From Psammoneis japonica (Eukaryota), in the NCBI GenBank assembly GCA_008632985.1, contig QPGO01000121.1, positions 186,001-250,000 of the forward strand: a stretch of 64,000 bases of DNA, given 5' to 3'. The notes under the pieces were generated by a model. The model ran no database searches. It was not told where the DNA came from and was given only the letters and a program-made list of their open reading frames with translations. Both the position numbers and the translations under genes were made by a program. This document shows positions 48,951 through 61,109 of this stretch, one piece after another (the first letter of the stretch is position 1; each line of letters starts with the position of its first letter).

Positions 48951-50571
48951 ATGGAGTTTGCGCTTCCAGAATCGGTTACCAACGTAATCGACCAAAGCAT
49001 CGAGTTTGTCTACTCTCTTGAGAAGTATGTGGCTCCGACGGTCGTTCTCGGTACGTAACAGAGGTAATCGACACGAGCATTTTTTTCTTTCACAATAATT
49101 ACATCTGTTGTGAAATCTGAGGTAATCCTCACTAACATTTTTAAATTTTGGTCTTTCCTTTCCGCCAGTACCCGACTTTGTGAGGGACCATGTCGAGACA
49201 CTCGCAGAGGCTATTGGCTTTGACGTTGAGACGCTCAACTACACTTTGGGCATGTTTGTGTGCTACCCGCTTGCTTTAATTATGGTCTCGCTTCCATTTG
49301 GAAAGGCTCGCCATGTATGTTCGTTCCTGCTTGGTGCTTTTCTCCTCCAGTTCACCATTGGCGTGCAGTGGATTCACCAACTTATTACATCCCTCATTGC
49401 TTGGGTCATGTGCAAGACTCTTCATCCCAAGACACTTACCACCGCACTTCCAGTGTTTGTTATGGTCTACATGACATTGGGGCATCTTCATCGCCAGTAT
49501 ACCAATTATCTTGCCTTTGATTTGGACTTTACTGGAGCTCAGATGGTCCTCACTCAGAAACTCTACATGTTGGCATACAATATTTATGATGGCCACGTCC
49601 TTGCCAAGGGCGAAGAAAACCGCGCCTCAAAAAAGTGTGCTAAATGGTCAGTCACCGAGGCACCAGGCTTACTTGAATTTCTTGGATACACCTTCTGCTT
49701 CTCGAACGTCCTTGCGGGTCCAGCGTCGGAGTTCAAGTCTTATTGCAGCACTTGCGACGGAAGTCAGTTCTACAATCCCGACGGTACGCCTCGGGGCAAG
49801 GTCCCTAGTAACGTTTGGCCGACTCTGAAACCCTTCCTTGTGGGTCTCCTCAGCATGGTTCTGTTTGTTGTTTTGGGTGGTATCGTTCCACTTCTCGATC
49901 CCGACGACCCCCAGAAGAATCTCCCCGTCGTTGTGACTGAGGAGTTTCTCACTAAGCCTTGGCTTTATCGTTTTGCTTACCTCTTGGCCGCACTCTTTGC
50001 TCTCCGTCAAAAGTATTACTTTGCTTGGAAGAATGCTGAGGGCGCCAACAACCTTTGGTACGCTGGGTTTGATGGATTTGACGATGATGGGAACGTGATT
50101 GGTTGGTCGAATTGCGACAATATGGACATGGTGAAGTTTGAGGTGGCTCCCAATATTCAAACTTTGAGCAAGGAATGGAACAAAAAGACGTCTCTTTGGC
50201 TCACACGTTATGTGTACATTCGCACCGGTGGGAGTCTTTTTGCTGTGTACAGCTTGAGTGCCTTCTGGCATGGCTTTTATCCCGGGTACTACCTTTTCTT
50301 CCTGACTGTCCCGCTGTTGACAATGTGCGAACGAATTGGGCGCAAGAAGATCTCCCCTTACTTCTCTCCGGACAGTTGGACGCCCTACGATATTGTTTGT
50401 CGGCTTGTCACATCCTTCTTTGCCGAGTACGCCGTCTCTTCGTTCACGGTGCTTGCTCTGGACCGTGCTTTGATGTTGTGGAAGAGCCACTACTTTTTCG
50501 GACATATTCTTGCAATTCTCTTTTATGTTGTTGTATCGCAAATGCCTACACCAAAGAAGAAGGAAGCGTAA
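48951..50571 (+). CDS. MBOAT lysophospholipid acyltransferase (LPCAT/ALE1-like); intron 49051-49168
   Basis: LDFTGAQMVLTQKL, LAGP, KYYFAW, WNKKTSLWLTRYVY, SAFWHGFYPGYY (catalytic His), C-terminal KKKEA ER-retrieval-like end. Confidence 0.92.
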
Positions 50572-51291
50572 ATGTAATTTCTATATGTAACGTGCGTGGA
50601 TAAGATTAGGGAAAGCTATAACAAAATTTCCAACCTCCCGGACTCCAAGTCATGGGTTTGTTAGTTTGTTTGTTTTCGCTGTTATTCGGTCTAAGTGGAT
50701 TCGTGCTAAGTGAGCTCGTTTTCTCCGGTAGTCTATGTTTTGCAAGGTTGCATGGCTGCAGAAGTTTTGCTTCAATGAGTCTAGAACCTCCAAGTACTTT
50801 GATTGTGCAACTAGCGTTATTGTATTCAGGACCCATGAACTATACTTGTATACCATCAAAACTCACAAACGTTTCTGCATTAAGTAGACATTTCACCCAT
50901 GCAACGTAGGCCTAGTCCAGCAAACTGCCCAGCTTCTCAAGAACAATGAAAGTGAAGCTGCAATGTCAGTTTTGTGTGTGCTGTTCGACAGGATGCAATT
51001 CATCTGTATCTAACTAGCGAACCCTAAGAGCTAGAGCTCTAGAGTTTCGCTCTATGTACCTACCGTAGCGCTGTGGGCTCGCTACGCTAGAGTCTAGTAG
51101 AGCTAGCTTAGCTTAAGCTCTAGAGAGAGTAGCTCTAGCTCCATTTTCTAGTTCTTAAAGCACAGCCAACTAAAGCCGCACTGAGCACACATGAGGTTCG
51201 CCCTACGTACTTCACCGCCTGTCGTAGAATCCTACGTAAAAGTCGGTATGTGCTGAAATCGGTGTCTCGCAGACACAAAATACGCTTCACC

Positions 51292-52245
51292 ATGACGCAC
51301 GCAACAGCCGCAAGAGCGGCTTCCCTGCTTGCTCGTAGAGCTGGGCGAAGTGCTGCCTTGTCCTCGGCACGCTTTTCGGTGGCAAAATCGACGGCTATAA
51401 GGGGTATGGCAACCGTGACGGGAGGCAGCGCTCTGACAAAACTTGCCGAAGCTCACCCTCACATGGAAATGATCCGATACGAACACAAGAATGACAAGTG
51501 GACCTTCAAGCAAATTGAGTATTTTGCGGATGCATTGGCTATTGGAATCTTGGAGAATGGATTACAACCCGGTGATGTTGTCCTCTCATGGCTTCCCTCT
51601 CATTTTTCCGAGACGGTGAGACTTCTAGTGTATCAAAGTATGCTAAATTTTTCGCACGGTCAAAGATGCTCACATTTTCCCTTCACTCTTTTCTCTCAAC
51701 AGCACATTTTGCAGTTTGCTTGCTCCAAGGCAGGATTGATTCTTTATAATTTAGATCCCGCTCAGGCCATAACGGATCCTGAAGGTGCCAAGGAATCGCT
51801 CAAAAAGGCGCTCGAGGAAACAAAAGCCAACGTGTTGATTACGCAGGAAGCGGGAAACGATGTCAATTATGTTCGCTTGTGCGAGGAGATTATGCCCGAG
51901 CTCCGCATCTTTGACTTTACGGATGGTATGCCATTCATTACACCGCGATTTCCCCATCTGAGATTCCCGGTTCATACCGGCTTTGATCAGATTGACAAGT
52001 GGGGTATGCTTCCCTTCAAACACATGCTCGTGCCAAGCGGTGAGCTTGACAATCTCACGGCTGGTTTCAATCTCTCTGGTTCCACTCCTCTCATGGGACA
52101 GCTTTCTACCGGAAAAGATGGATTGCCATCCAAGGGAAAGGTGTTGACAAATGATGAAGTAGTGAAGAGTAACGTGTGGCCAATCTTTTCATCCGTGTTG
52201 AAGAAGCAGTACCAAGAAGTGGAAGGTGTTGGCGTCATCTTCTAA
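51292..52245 (+). CDS. Short AMP-binding (acyl-CoA synthetase N-domain-like) protein with mitochondrial-type presequence; intron 51616-51702
   Basis: Arg/Ala/Ser-rich presequence; WTFKQIEYFADALAIGILENGLQPGDVVLSWLP…QFACSKAG typical of the ANL N-terminus; stops at ~290 aa. Confidence 0.7.
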   Translation: MTHATAARAASLLARRAGRSAALSSARFSVAKSTAIRGMATVTGGSALTKLAEAHPHMEMIRYEHKNDKWTFKQIEYFADALAIGILENGLQPGDVVLSWLPSHFSETVRLLVYQSMLNFSHGQRCSHFPFTLFSQQHILQFACSKAGLILYNLDPAQAITDPEGAKESLKKALEETKANVLITQEAGNDVNYVRLCEEIMPELRIFDFTDGMPFITPRFPHLRFPVHTGFDQIDKWGMLPFKHMLVPSGELDNLTAGFNLSGSTPLMGQLSTGKDGLPSKGKVLTNDEVVKSNVWPIFSSVLKKQYQEVEGVGVIF

Positions 52246-54838
52246 AATTAGCAGGCATAACTGTCTCGTACTGCAGCAAAATTACATATCTTTGGCATGC
52301 GCCTTGTAAAGATAGTCTGTTAGACTACACTGATTCAGCATGTTCAAAATGAACTGAGTCGTAATCCTTGTTCACTGTTCGTATTTTTTCATTCTAATGA
52401 ATGTTGGAGGTCGGGCAATTTTCTGAGAGAGGCGAGATGACAGCATCGTGCGTACCGTACGATGTACAGCACTACTCTCTAGCTAGTAGAGAGTGCTGTG
52501 TGTATATGTTTTTTACGTCGTAATGTTTGCCGTCGACAAAAGCTATGAACTTCCCGCCTGCCACTGGCACTTGCAACTGCTCGGTTCCTTCGACGGAGCC
52601 GTCAAGAAGACAGACAAAAAGAGTAGCATGAACGACAATCTGAAAGCTTCACGCATGGCATGGATCCCGCACAGAACAAAATCATTGGCTCTGATGACCT
52701 TCCTGTTCCTGACAGCGTGGGCAGAGTGTTTGTGTCTCATCCAATCACCTTTTTGGCACTCCACACTGCAACACATGGCCGCATGACATTTGCTGCACTG
52801 CAGTTTTTTTTTTCAAGTTCCTTCTGACAGTGATCACACTCCAGATGCTCCTCCTTGCCAGCCTGCAGCATTGAGAATTAAATGTCTTTGAGTTGGATGG
52901 CCTGATCCAGCAGATTGTTGGCATGGTTGTGGTCAAAGAAGAGCTCCCAAGCCAGCTTGCAAGCCACAAAGAAAAGCTTCTTCAGGTGTGCTGGTCCATG
53001 CAGCAAAGCATGGTTGGAACATCTGGATTGCGGGAAACACAAAGAACCAGATGTGTTGAAGAAAAGACACTTTGGCTCCAGGCTTGGCTCACTGCCACAT
53101 CAACCCCTGACCAACATGCACACAAGAGCAGTTGCAAAGATGGCCGCAGCACAAGGCATCAAAGATTTTGCATTTGAGGGCAAATGTGGAGACAACCTGC
53201 ACAATGCTGATCAGACTGCAGAAGTGGAAAGCAACAACGATGAAGAAAATGAACTCAGAAGATGATGACCATGAAGACAAAAAGTGGCCTCTGATGAAAA
53301 GTGTGAAGAAGCAAATGAGATCCCAGCCAATGAAAGATCCAGCCCTGATCAACAGTGCCAGAGCAACAAAATTAAGAACGAGGATCATGATGACTGCAAC
53401 AATGCACCAAAGAAAACAAGGAAAGTGAAGAGCCAGAAAAAGACAAGAAACCCAAGAGAACAAAAGATGGGAAGGAGAAAGACCAGTGGATGAGGCAACA
53501 GCTGTGACTGGCAGAAGAGCCAGGTGTGGCAGAGCCTTCCATGCTGTGCACATGTTCAGAAACACAAGAGCACATTCTGAAAGAAGAAAGTTCAATTCAC
53601 AGCAGTGGCAGACACCACAAAAGTGAAGCACAAGCAAAACAGACTTGAAAGCTGTTGCCATTCACAATGAATGTGAGCCCCAATTCAGAGGATGACATCA
53701 AGCATGATGCAGAAACAGCAATTGTCAGCCAACTCCAATCCAGAAAGGGCACTTCCTTTGACCAGCAGCATTTGTTGCATGAAGACCTAAAAGTGTTTGG
53801 CCAGAGGGGGTTGTGACACCTCAGAGAAGGAGATGAAACAACTCTGCAACAGGGTGTGCTTTGCACTGATGTCAGTTGAATGCACAACTCCAACTGAGAG
53901 GACTGTCAAGGCTGTGATTGCATTGACATTCTCAACAAAGAAGCAAGATGGTCGCATGAAAGGGTGAATGGTTTGCGATGGAAAACCAGCTGCAGAATGG
54001 CCAGACAAGGATGATTCAGCCAGCCTGATGGCCAATGACAGCCATTGTCGACACTGTGGAAAAGTGTGATGTGATGAACGAGGATGGACCAAATGCACTC
54101 ATTCCCAGACATCAACCCCAGAGTCCACCAAGGAGGGTGAAGACCAGAAAATGGTGAAAGTTGCAGGAGTGTTGTTCAACATGCTGGTGAGCATTGATCT
54201 CAACCCATGCAAACCACACGTGGTTGCAGAACAGGAGAAGAGAGTCCTCTGTGTCCAAGTCATCAGAGCCACACATGGCATGTTGGTCACAGCTCCACAG
54301 CAGTGCAAGCCATTTTGCAAGGACCCAGAGAAACTTGGGTTCAACCCTTCAATCCATGCATTGCCAATTGAGTGGTCAGCAGTGGCAAGCAGCACGCTGC
54401 ACATTTCCATCATGTGGATGACCCACTGTCAAGCCACACGAACCCCCAAAAGCAAAAAATGACAAATTCTCAAGCTGGCTTGACAAGATGTGCAGAAGCC
54501 CTGGCACAAAGTTGTTGTGACATGAGGAAAGAAGCACAACTGCCTTGGAATGGTCCTGGACTTCAGCCACAAGGGCAAGGAAAAAGTCAACATGACTGAC
54601 TGCATTCTCACAAGATTGTCAGTCAGCTCCCCAAAAGAGATCAAGAGTGCGGATGCTGCCATGATGCCAGCTGGAGAGAACCTGTTTGATGCCAGTGGCA
54701 CGAGATTGCCAACCAACAAAGCAAGGATGTTCTGTGCATGGGTGGCCAAGGGACCATTCGTGTCCAAGAGAGGCTGCACGGGTGTGCACCCTGCCATTGC
54801 AGCATTGTGCACACAAGTCAGAGAGCTGACCAACAAGG

Positions 54839-55023
54839 TGACAGAACACCAAAGGGGAATGAGGACAGCGGTGTGACAGACTCCCCAAGCAATGTGACTG
54901 CAACAACATGAGCACTGGCAGAAAGAAGTGAGAGGCAGATCTCAGAGAGATCTGCTCGTCCATCTGAATGGTCTGGTCATCATCCATGCACAGTCTGTCC
55001 ATCACAGGACAGACAGGCTGACA
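54839..55023 (-). repeat. 3' LTR of Copia B (185 bp)
   Basis: tgacagaa…ggctgaca; adjacent to PPT; aligns to 59015-59175 with a 24-bp indel. Confidence 0.92.
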
Positions 55024-58000
55024 CCCTCCCCTGATCTGCAATGTCCAAAAGCAGAGAAGACAGTGCAGATCAACCCAAAGAACAGGGATGATGCAAACAG
55101 TGAGACCAAAGGACACAATGAGTGTCCAAGCCCAACACGCAACAAACGAGTGGGCAACACGCAGCAGGAAGGCTGCCGCAAAAAAAATGTCAATGGTGGT
55201 GTCCCATCATGTGTCAAGCATGGCGAGCATTGAGTGCCCATCCCAGAGCCTTGGTGAGGTCATTGCTGGGATTGATGATGCCAGGGACATGCGCGCAACA
55301 ATCTTGCTCGCTTCCTTCCATTCTTGGATTGTGAAGAACTGGGTGTCATGTGATGCAAGCACTTGGTGGGAGTGGAATGGTTGATGATCTTGATTGCCAA
55401 TTCATTGTCAATGCACAAAGGGGTTGGCTTCATTTTGGGAGAAACCCAATTCATGGAGAACATGGCAAAGACAAAGGACATGTTTGGCAGCAGTGCCAGC
55501 AGCACAGAATTCCACTCCTGCAGAACTTGCAGTGGTCACCGATTGAGTCTTGCACCAGAAGGAAATGGCGGCACCTGCCAACATGCAAGCACAACCCACC
55601 ATGGATTGATGGTTGCAAAGGTCATTGCCATGTGCAGCATCCAGGAAAGCAATGAGTTGATGGTCACACTCAGGGATGGGAAATGATGGAAGAGTTGGGT
55701 CAGCAGTCAATCGTTCATGTGGACAGGCGGGTGGACTGGAGTCATGCTTGCAGTTCAGTTCCCAATGCTCGGTTTGCCAAAGACACTTGCAAACACCCTT
55801 CGATGCATCACAATCACTTCAGCAGGACAGGTGGAAAACTTGGACAAGGCAGTGACAGCATGCCCAATGTCCAATCGGCACACAACATGTGCGTGCAACA
55901 ATTCACCAAGGAAGGTGCGGCATCCAAAACCAGCAGCCTCTTCAAGCTCCACATGCTCTGGTGCACCCTCAGCTGGGCTGACAGCAGTGTGCAATTCACA
56001 GATGGAATCAACAGGGATCAGAGCAGCCTTCAAGTCATCAGCAAGTTCCTCAGCAGTCGGTTTCACCCAACCATGCCAGAGGCACACCTGCTCAATGTAA
56101 CTGTGGACAGCAATGCCAAGAGAGTCATCACACTGGTGCATGTCCACACCATTGAACTCTTCAATCAGCCCAAGACACTTGAGTGGCAGAGTGGTTTCCG
56201 ATGAAAGTTGGAGGGTCTTGCCAATCTTGTCACAGATGCGTCTTGACCACACAGGACTCTTCAGGACATGCAATCAAGAAATCATTGACCTGCTGACAAA
56301 GCAACAAAATCTTGTGTCCTTCAAACACAGCAGAGCAGATGCACTTGTCATGCACATCATTGCAAAACAATGGGGTGACATCCAACAAAATGCTGTTGAC
56401 ATGGTTCTCCCAGAGCACGCCGGCTTTTGGGTGTTCTTGGAGGGCATGTTGCATCGGCAACACCGTGCTTCTATCCAGTTCAATGCCAAACCGGGGCTTG
56501 CACCACATTGTGTGCGCTTCATCTGTGGCAACACAGATGGGAAGGGATGGCTGGGGACAGTGCACACAGGCATCACGGGCATCACCTTCAAACACTGGAC
56601 AGCTCACAGCAGCCGTCAAAGCAAAGAACATCCGTTGGACAGGTTGCTCAACACAAGATGAGTGCGTTGAATGTGGATGGTGGAGAACAGATGCTGTGTG
56701 TGGAGAGCCATCACAACATTGATGAGAACGTCATGTGCCATCATGCTTGAGGTCATGTTGCCAATGTGGACAAAGTGCAACAGTGTCCTTGGGGGGCTTG
56801 ATTGGGGCACCAAACGCACCCAGTTCATGGAACTGATCCAATTGCTTGAACTCACCCACATGCCATTCAGGCCATGTGTGGATGGCTTCTTGAGACAATG
56901 GTGGGTGAAGGCGCCCAATGCATGGATTGTTGTTCAAGACAGGACACTCATGAAACAAGTGTCTCTCAGAACAAACAACACACAACTTCTTGGGTGCCTC
57001 CTGTGGAGCAGTCTTCAGCTTGCAGATGGGGAAGCTGAGCAGACATGATGAAAGATGATCTTCATCTGCAGATGGCAGATCCATGCCAGCCAATTTGTCA
57101 CAAAAGACATCAAAGGTGCCATCCTCTGGATTGTCTGCATCAGTGTGTGTCTGATTGGAATCATCTTCAACAGGAGGAACATCTGGAACAGCCAAGGCAT
57201 TGACATCAATGGCTGCACGATGGGTGTCCTCCTGATTGCGGTCCCATTTACAACATGAGTTGCGAGGATTTGCATGAGTGGTGACCGAAGGACCATCAGG
57301 TTGACAAAGAAAGTCAGACAGTGTCTCAACAATCTGAGCATCCATGTGCTTCTTGAGCACAGCCGGAGACTTCTGTTCATCACGTGTGGCGTGGGGGATG
57401 AGAACTTGGAGCATTTGGTGTTCTTGATGAAGACAGGCATCTCACATGGGTCATCCAATGTGGCGCCCATGTCAAAGACACAAGCACACAACTGCAGGAA
57501 ATCTTTGAACACGATGTGACAGTCAGTCAATGACAGGTTGCCTTGAGTGGGACAGGAGTCCACTGAACCAGCAGCTTCATTGTCAAAAGCTGGGTTGTTC
57601 TTGTGTGGGATCTGCTTGAGGGCCTTGCATCCATTGCCACAGCATGAGGCAACAATGCAGTGACACTTGCTGTTCTTGGGGAACATGCCCGCCTTGGACA
57701 GAATCTTGTGAAGAGAACTCTGAGCTTCCTTGCAGTGAACATGCGTGCGTTGAGGCAGGTTGTCATCCTTGTCATTGCCAATCGTGAAACCTTCTCACCA
57801 CCACAATCCTTGGCGAAGCACCACACAGGGTGGATGCAGTGCCCAGAATCAAAAGAGTGACTTTGGAAATTTTGATGCCATGCCCATGTCCCAGCAGGAG
57901 AGTTGTCATGACATGCTGGAGATTCCCTGAACAACATCTTCTGATCGGGAGTTGAGCTCATGATAAAGAGTGTGTCATCATTGAGAATCACACGCTCTGA

Positions 58001-58610
58001 GGCATCAATGTGGTGACAGCATTCATGGTCACAATGGACCAGCGAACTCTTCAGGGTGACTTCTCTGCATTCCTTGTGATCACATTGTCGCAAACCTCCT
58101 TGGGCAGAGTGTTGGGATTGAAGAGATGTTTTGATGTTGTGGATGATGTGGTGCCTCCTGATGTCTTGCCAGCAGCAGTTGAAGGCGGAGCATTGTTCAA
58201 TCCAAACTTGTTGAGTGGTGCCACTAAATCATTCACACCAACAGCTGCAGATCCTGCACTGGTCGAGGATGAGGGTGCAGGGGTTGTCTTTGGCTTGTGT
58301 GGGGTTAAAAAAAACTCACTCCAATCCCTGCAATTCCATTGCATGTCAGGATCAACATGGACATGCTGCATCAACATGACAATGTACAAAGATTGTCCAT
58401 GATTCTGAAGAGTAATTTTGATCATGGAAGAGAGAGCTTCAGGAGTCAAGCGGATTGTGTGGAGCTTGTCAGGGTCAACAACTCAAAGAGGTGCTTGATC
58501 CACAATTGTTTTGGCAGACTGCATGTTGGCAGGGTCTGTCATGCCAGGTGGGATTGCTTGATTGACAAGACAATCATGAAACAAGTCCACAATGTTCTTC
58601 TTAGGTTGAG

Positions 58611-58688
58611 CATGCTTGGGGTCTTCAAAGAATGGATCCAGATCAAACATGCTTGGGGTCTTCAAAGAATGGATCCAGATCAAACATG
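58611..58688 (+). repeat. Perfect 37-bp tandem duplication inside Copia B gag region
   Basis: catgcttggggtcttcaaagaatggatccagatcaaa at 58611 and 58648. Confidence 0.95.
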
Positions 58689-59014
58689 GAGTTCATGCAA
58701 AGCATGATCAGGGGCATGTGGAGATGTGGCATTGAGACATGTGGTTGGAACTCACAACAGATCTCTGCAACAGATGCAGAAGCGGCCTTTGCAAGGTTGG
58801 GAGATGCCATGGTTTTACCTGGTGAAAACATTTTTGGTCATGCACACGCAGAAGAAATCTGGCATGTTTCTATGAGCATGAAAAATGCCGGGAAAGTGAG
58901 AAAAAAATTGTTTCAGGAACAGAAGATGAGGCTTGGTTGATTGGCTCACAAAGCAAATGAATTAAAACAGAAAGCATGGTGCAGAGTTCAGTGGCACAGA
59001 GTGAGGCTCCAACC

Positions 59015-59175
59015 TGACAGAATGCCAAAGGGGGACAAGGATGGTGGTGTGACAGACTCCCCAAGCACTGGGACTGTGATGACATGAGAGCTGGCAGAAA
59101 GAACTGCTCGTCCATCCAAATGGTCTGGTCATCATCCATGTGCAGTCTGTCCATCACAGGACAGACAGGCTGACA
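59015..59175 (-). repeat. 5' LTR of Copia B (161 bp)
   Basis: tgacagaa…ggctgaca followed by TSD caagg. Confidence 0.92.
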
Positions 59176-60312
59176 CAAGGATTGGGGAAAGCTGGCCCAC
59201 TGCATCAAGCACCTGAGTGGGACATGAAATGAAGTCGCTCCACTGAGCACAAAGAACCTCCAAGCAATCACATGGCATGTGGGTGCACCATTTGTGATGC
59301 ACCTTGATTTTTTAAGAGCCACACAGGCAGAACTGTGATGGCAGGCAATGGAGCAGTGTGGGCTGTGTAAAAATGACAGAAGCTCAATGCCCAAAGCAGC
59401 ACAGAGGCTGAGCTTGCAGGAGTTGACATCCCAATGACCATGATTCTGTGGACAAAGTTGTTCATGGAGCACCAGGGGTGCCTGATTGACAAGAACATCA
59501 TCCTTTCCCAGGATGACCAAAGCACCATGCTGTTGGAAACAAATGGGCACAGGAGTGCTGGAAAGCAGTCCAGAGCACTTGGCATTTGGCACTTCTTTGT
59601 TGCCAGCCAGACTGAGAAGGGCAATCTCAGAGTGCAGTGTTGTCCAACCAACGACATGCAGACTTGATGACCAAGCCATTGCAGTGCAAGAAGTCATGAA
59701 AGTTCAAATGAGCCATCTCATGGGCTGTCAACTTCAAGCATGACAGGAGTGTTTCCTGTTTGTGACATCCTCAGAGGAGAGCTCAGAAGATGTCAAGAAC
59801 CACGTGGTTCAACCAGCCACAATTTGTTCCGGCAATGTTTTGTCATTCTTCAGAACAACCATCACCCATCAAGAATGAGACAGACAAGAATGAGAACAAC
59901 ATGCTGCACAACATGACAGCGCAGTGGTCAAGACCACTGGGGTGAGTTTGCAAGACTGGCAAGCATGACAAATGAGAGAAAACAAGAAATCCAAGATGAG
60001 GAGATCTGTGTGATGCAAGATGAATTGAGCTGATGGCTCACTGGTGGAAAGAGACAGTTGACTGTTGACCCACACCTCCATTGCAATGTTTTGGATGTGC
60101 GCCAGCAGTTGATTCTGTGTGCTGATGCCCCATGTGTGCACTGGGCGCTGAAAAAAAGATGTGTTACGACTTTGTCGTTGTGAAAATTATGAGCTAGTTT
60201 AGAGTAGAGAAAATGGGATCGTGCGAATAGGGAATCTTGCCAAATCCCTATTCGTTCGCATTTGGATCGTATCAAATCGATCGTGCGTTCGCATTATGGA
60301 TCGTGCGAATCA

Positions 60313-61106
60313 GACCCGTCGCAGTCGTGACGAAGGGGTGTAATTCGGGGTGTAATTTTGGGGTGTTTACACCCCTAAAAAAAAATTACAGCCAACAATT
60401 ACCCGTCTTGAGGCATGTAATTTTTGCCTGTAATTTTTGGTAAGTGCCTGTAATTTTTCGTACGAAAACAGACTCATCATCGTCCATGACGGCAACAAAC
60501 ATCAGAATGTCGAACAACAATGGCAACCAACAATCAACGACGAACTTCAACCAGCAAGAGATGCAAGAACTCGTTGATGGGGAACTATTTTGATATATTT
60601 ATGAAAGAAATAACGGCGAAAAACGATGAGATTGCCATCAACGGACAACAAAATGAATGCAAGTTCATGCCATTTCAGAAGAAAAACGCGTCATGTGGTC
60701 GCTGAAACCTTGGCTATGGATACAATAGTAACATATGATGTTAATCACGTTATTGTAAATGTACTAGACTTGTCAGAACAATGATTTGATATGCGTAAGG
60801 TCGCAGCGGAGCCGCCGAACGCCATGGTGTTTTGATGCTGTCAATAGAATGTTCAGTTTCGCGTACAAATAAGTTAATTAAAATTAGAGATATAGAGTTA
60901 TTCCTGCTTTGTTATCAACAATTTTTGAGGAGTATATATTCAATGAATATATCATTCCTCGCAGAATTACAGACATCTAATTTCACACTCTCGCAGTCGT
61001 GAGAAAATCGGGTGTAATTTTGGGGTGTAAATTCGCGCGATGCGCGTTTTTACACCCCCAAATTACACCCAGAATTACACCCCAATTTCCACGACTGCGA
61101 CGGGTC
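60313..61106. mobile_element. Non-autonomous TIR DNA transposon (MITE; PIF/Harbinger-like by 3-bp TSD)
   Basis: Left end gacccgtcgcagtcgtg, right end cacgactgcgacgggtc (17-bp perfect inverted match, ~55 bp imperfect with ggggtgtaatt subrepeats); TCA on both flanks (60310-60312, 61107-61109); no transposase ORF. Confidence 0.85.
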
Positions 61107-61109
61107 TCA

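Larger units (their letters stand above)
54839..59175 (-). mobile_element. Nested Ty1/Copia element B with both LTRs, PPT and 5-bp TSD (CAAGG)
   Basis: TSD caagg at 54834-54838 and 59176-59180; TG…CA LTRs; PPT (minus AGGGGAGGG) at 55024-55032; RT QLDQFHELGAFG, FEGDARDAC, QQVNDFLIAC; RH AFLDAAHGND…AGAAISFWCKTQ. Confidence 0.93.
52630..59750 (+). mobile_element. Ty1/Copia remnant A (diatom CoDi-like), split by nested element B
   Basis: MAAAQGIKDF, RT VLCVQVIRATHGML / HHVDD / GMVLDFS, …AALCTQVRELTNK|DWGKL… continuous across the insertion; RNase H ILWTKLFMEHQGC…QDDQSTMLLETNG…VQCCPTNDM. Confidence 0.88.

Noticed and set aside
58981..59014. tRNA gene or half-tRNA(iMet) primer-binding site next to Copia B 5' LTR
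   Set aside because: gaggctccaacc only loosely resembles the iMet anticodon-arm PBS; no full cloverleaf.
52630..60165. Classical fungal-type RIP or CpG decay as sole explanation
   Set aside because: RIP would raise TA and deplete CA/TG; CpG decay cannot remove TA or turn Tyr into His/Cys.
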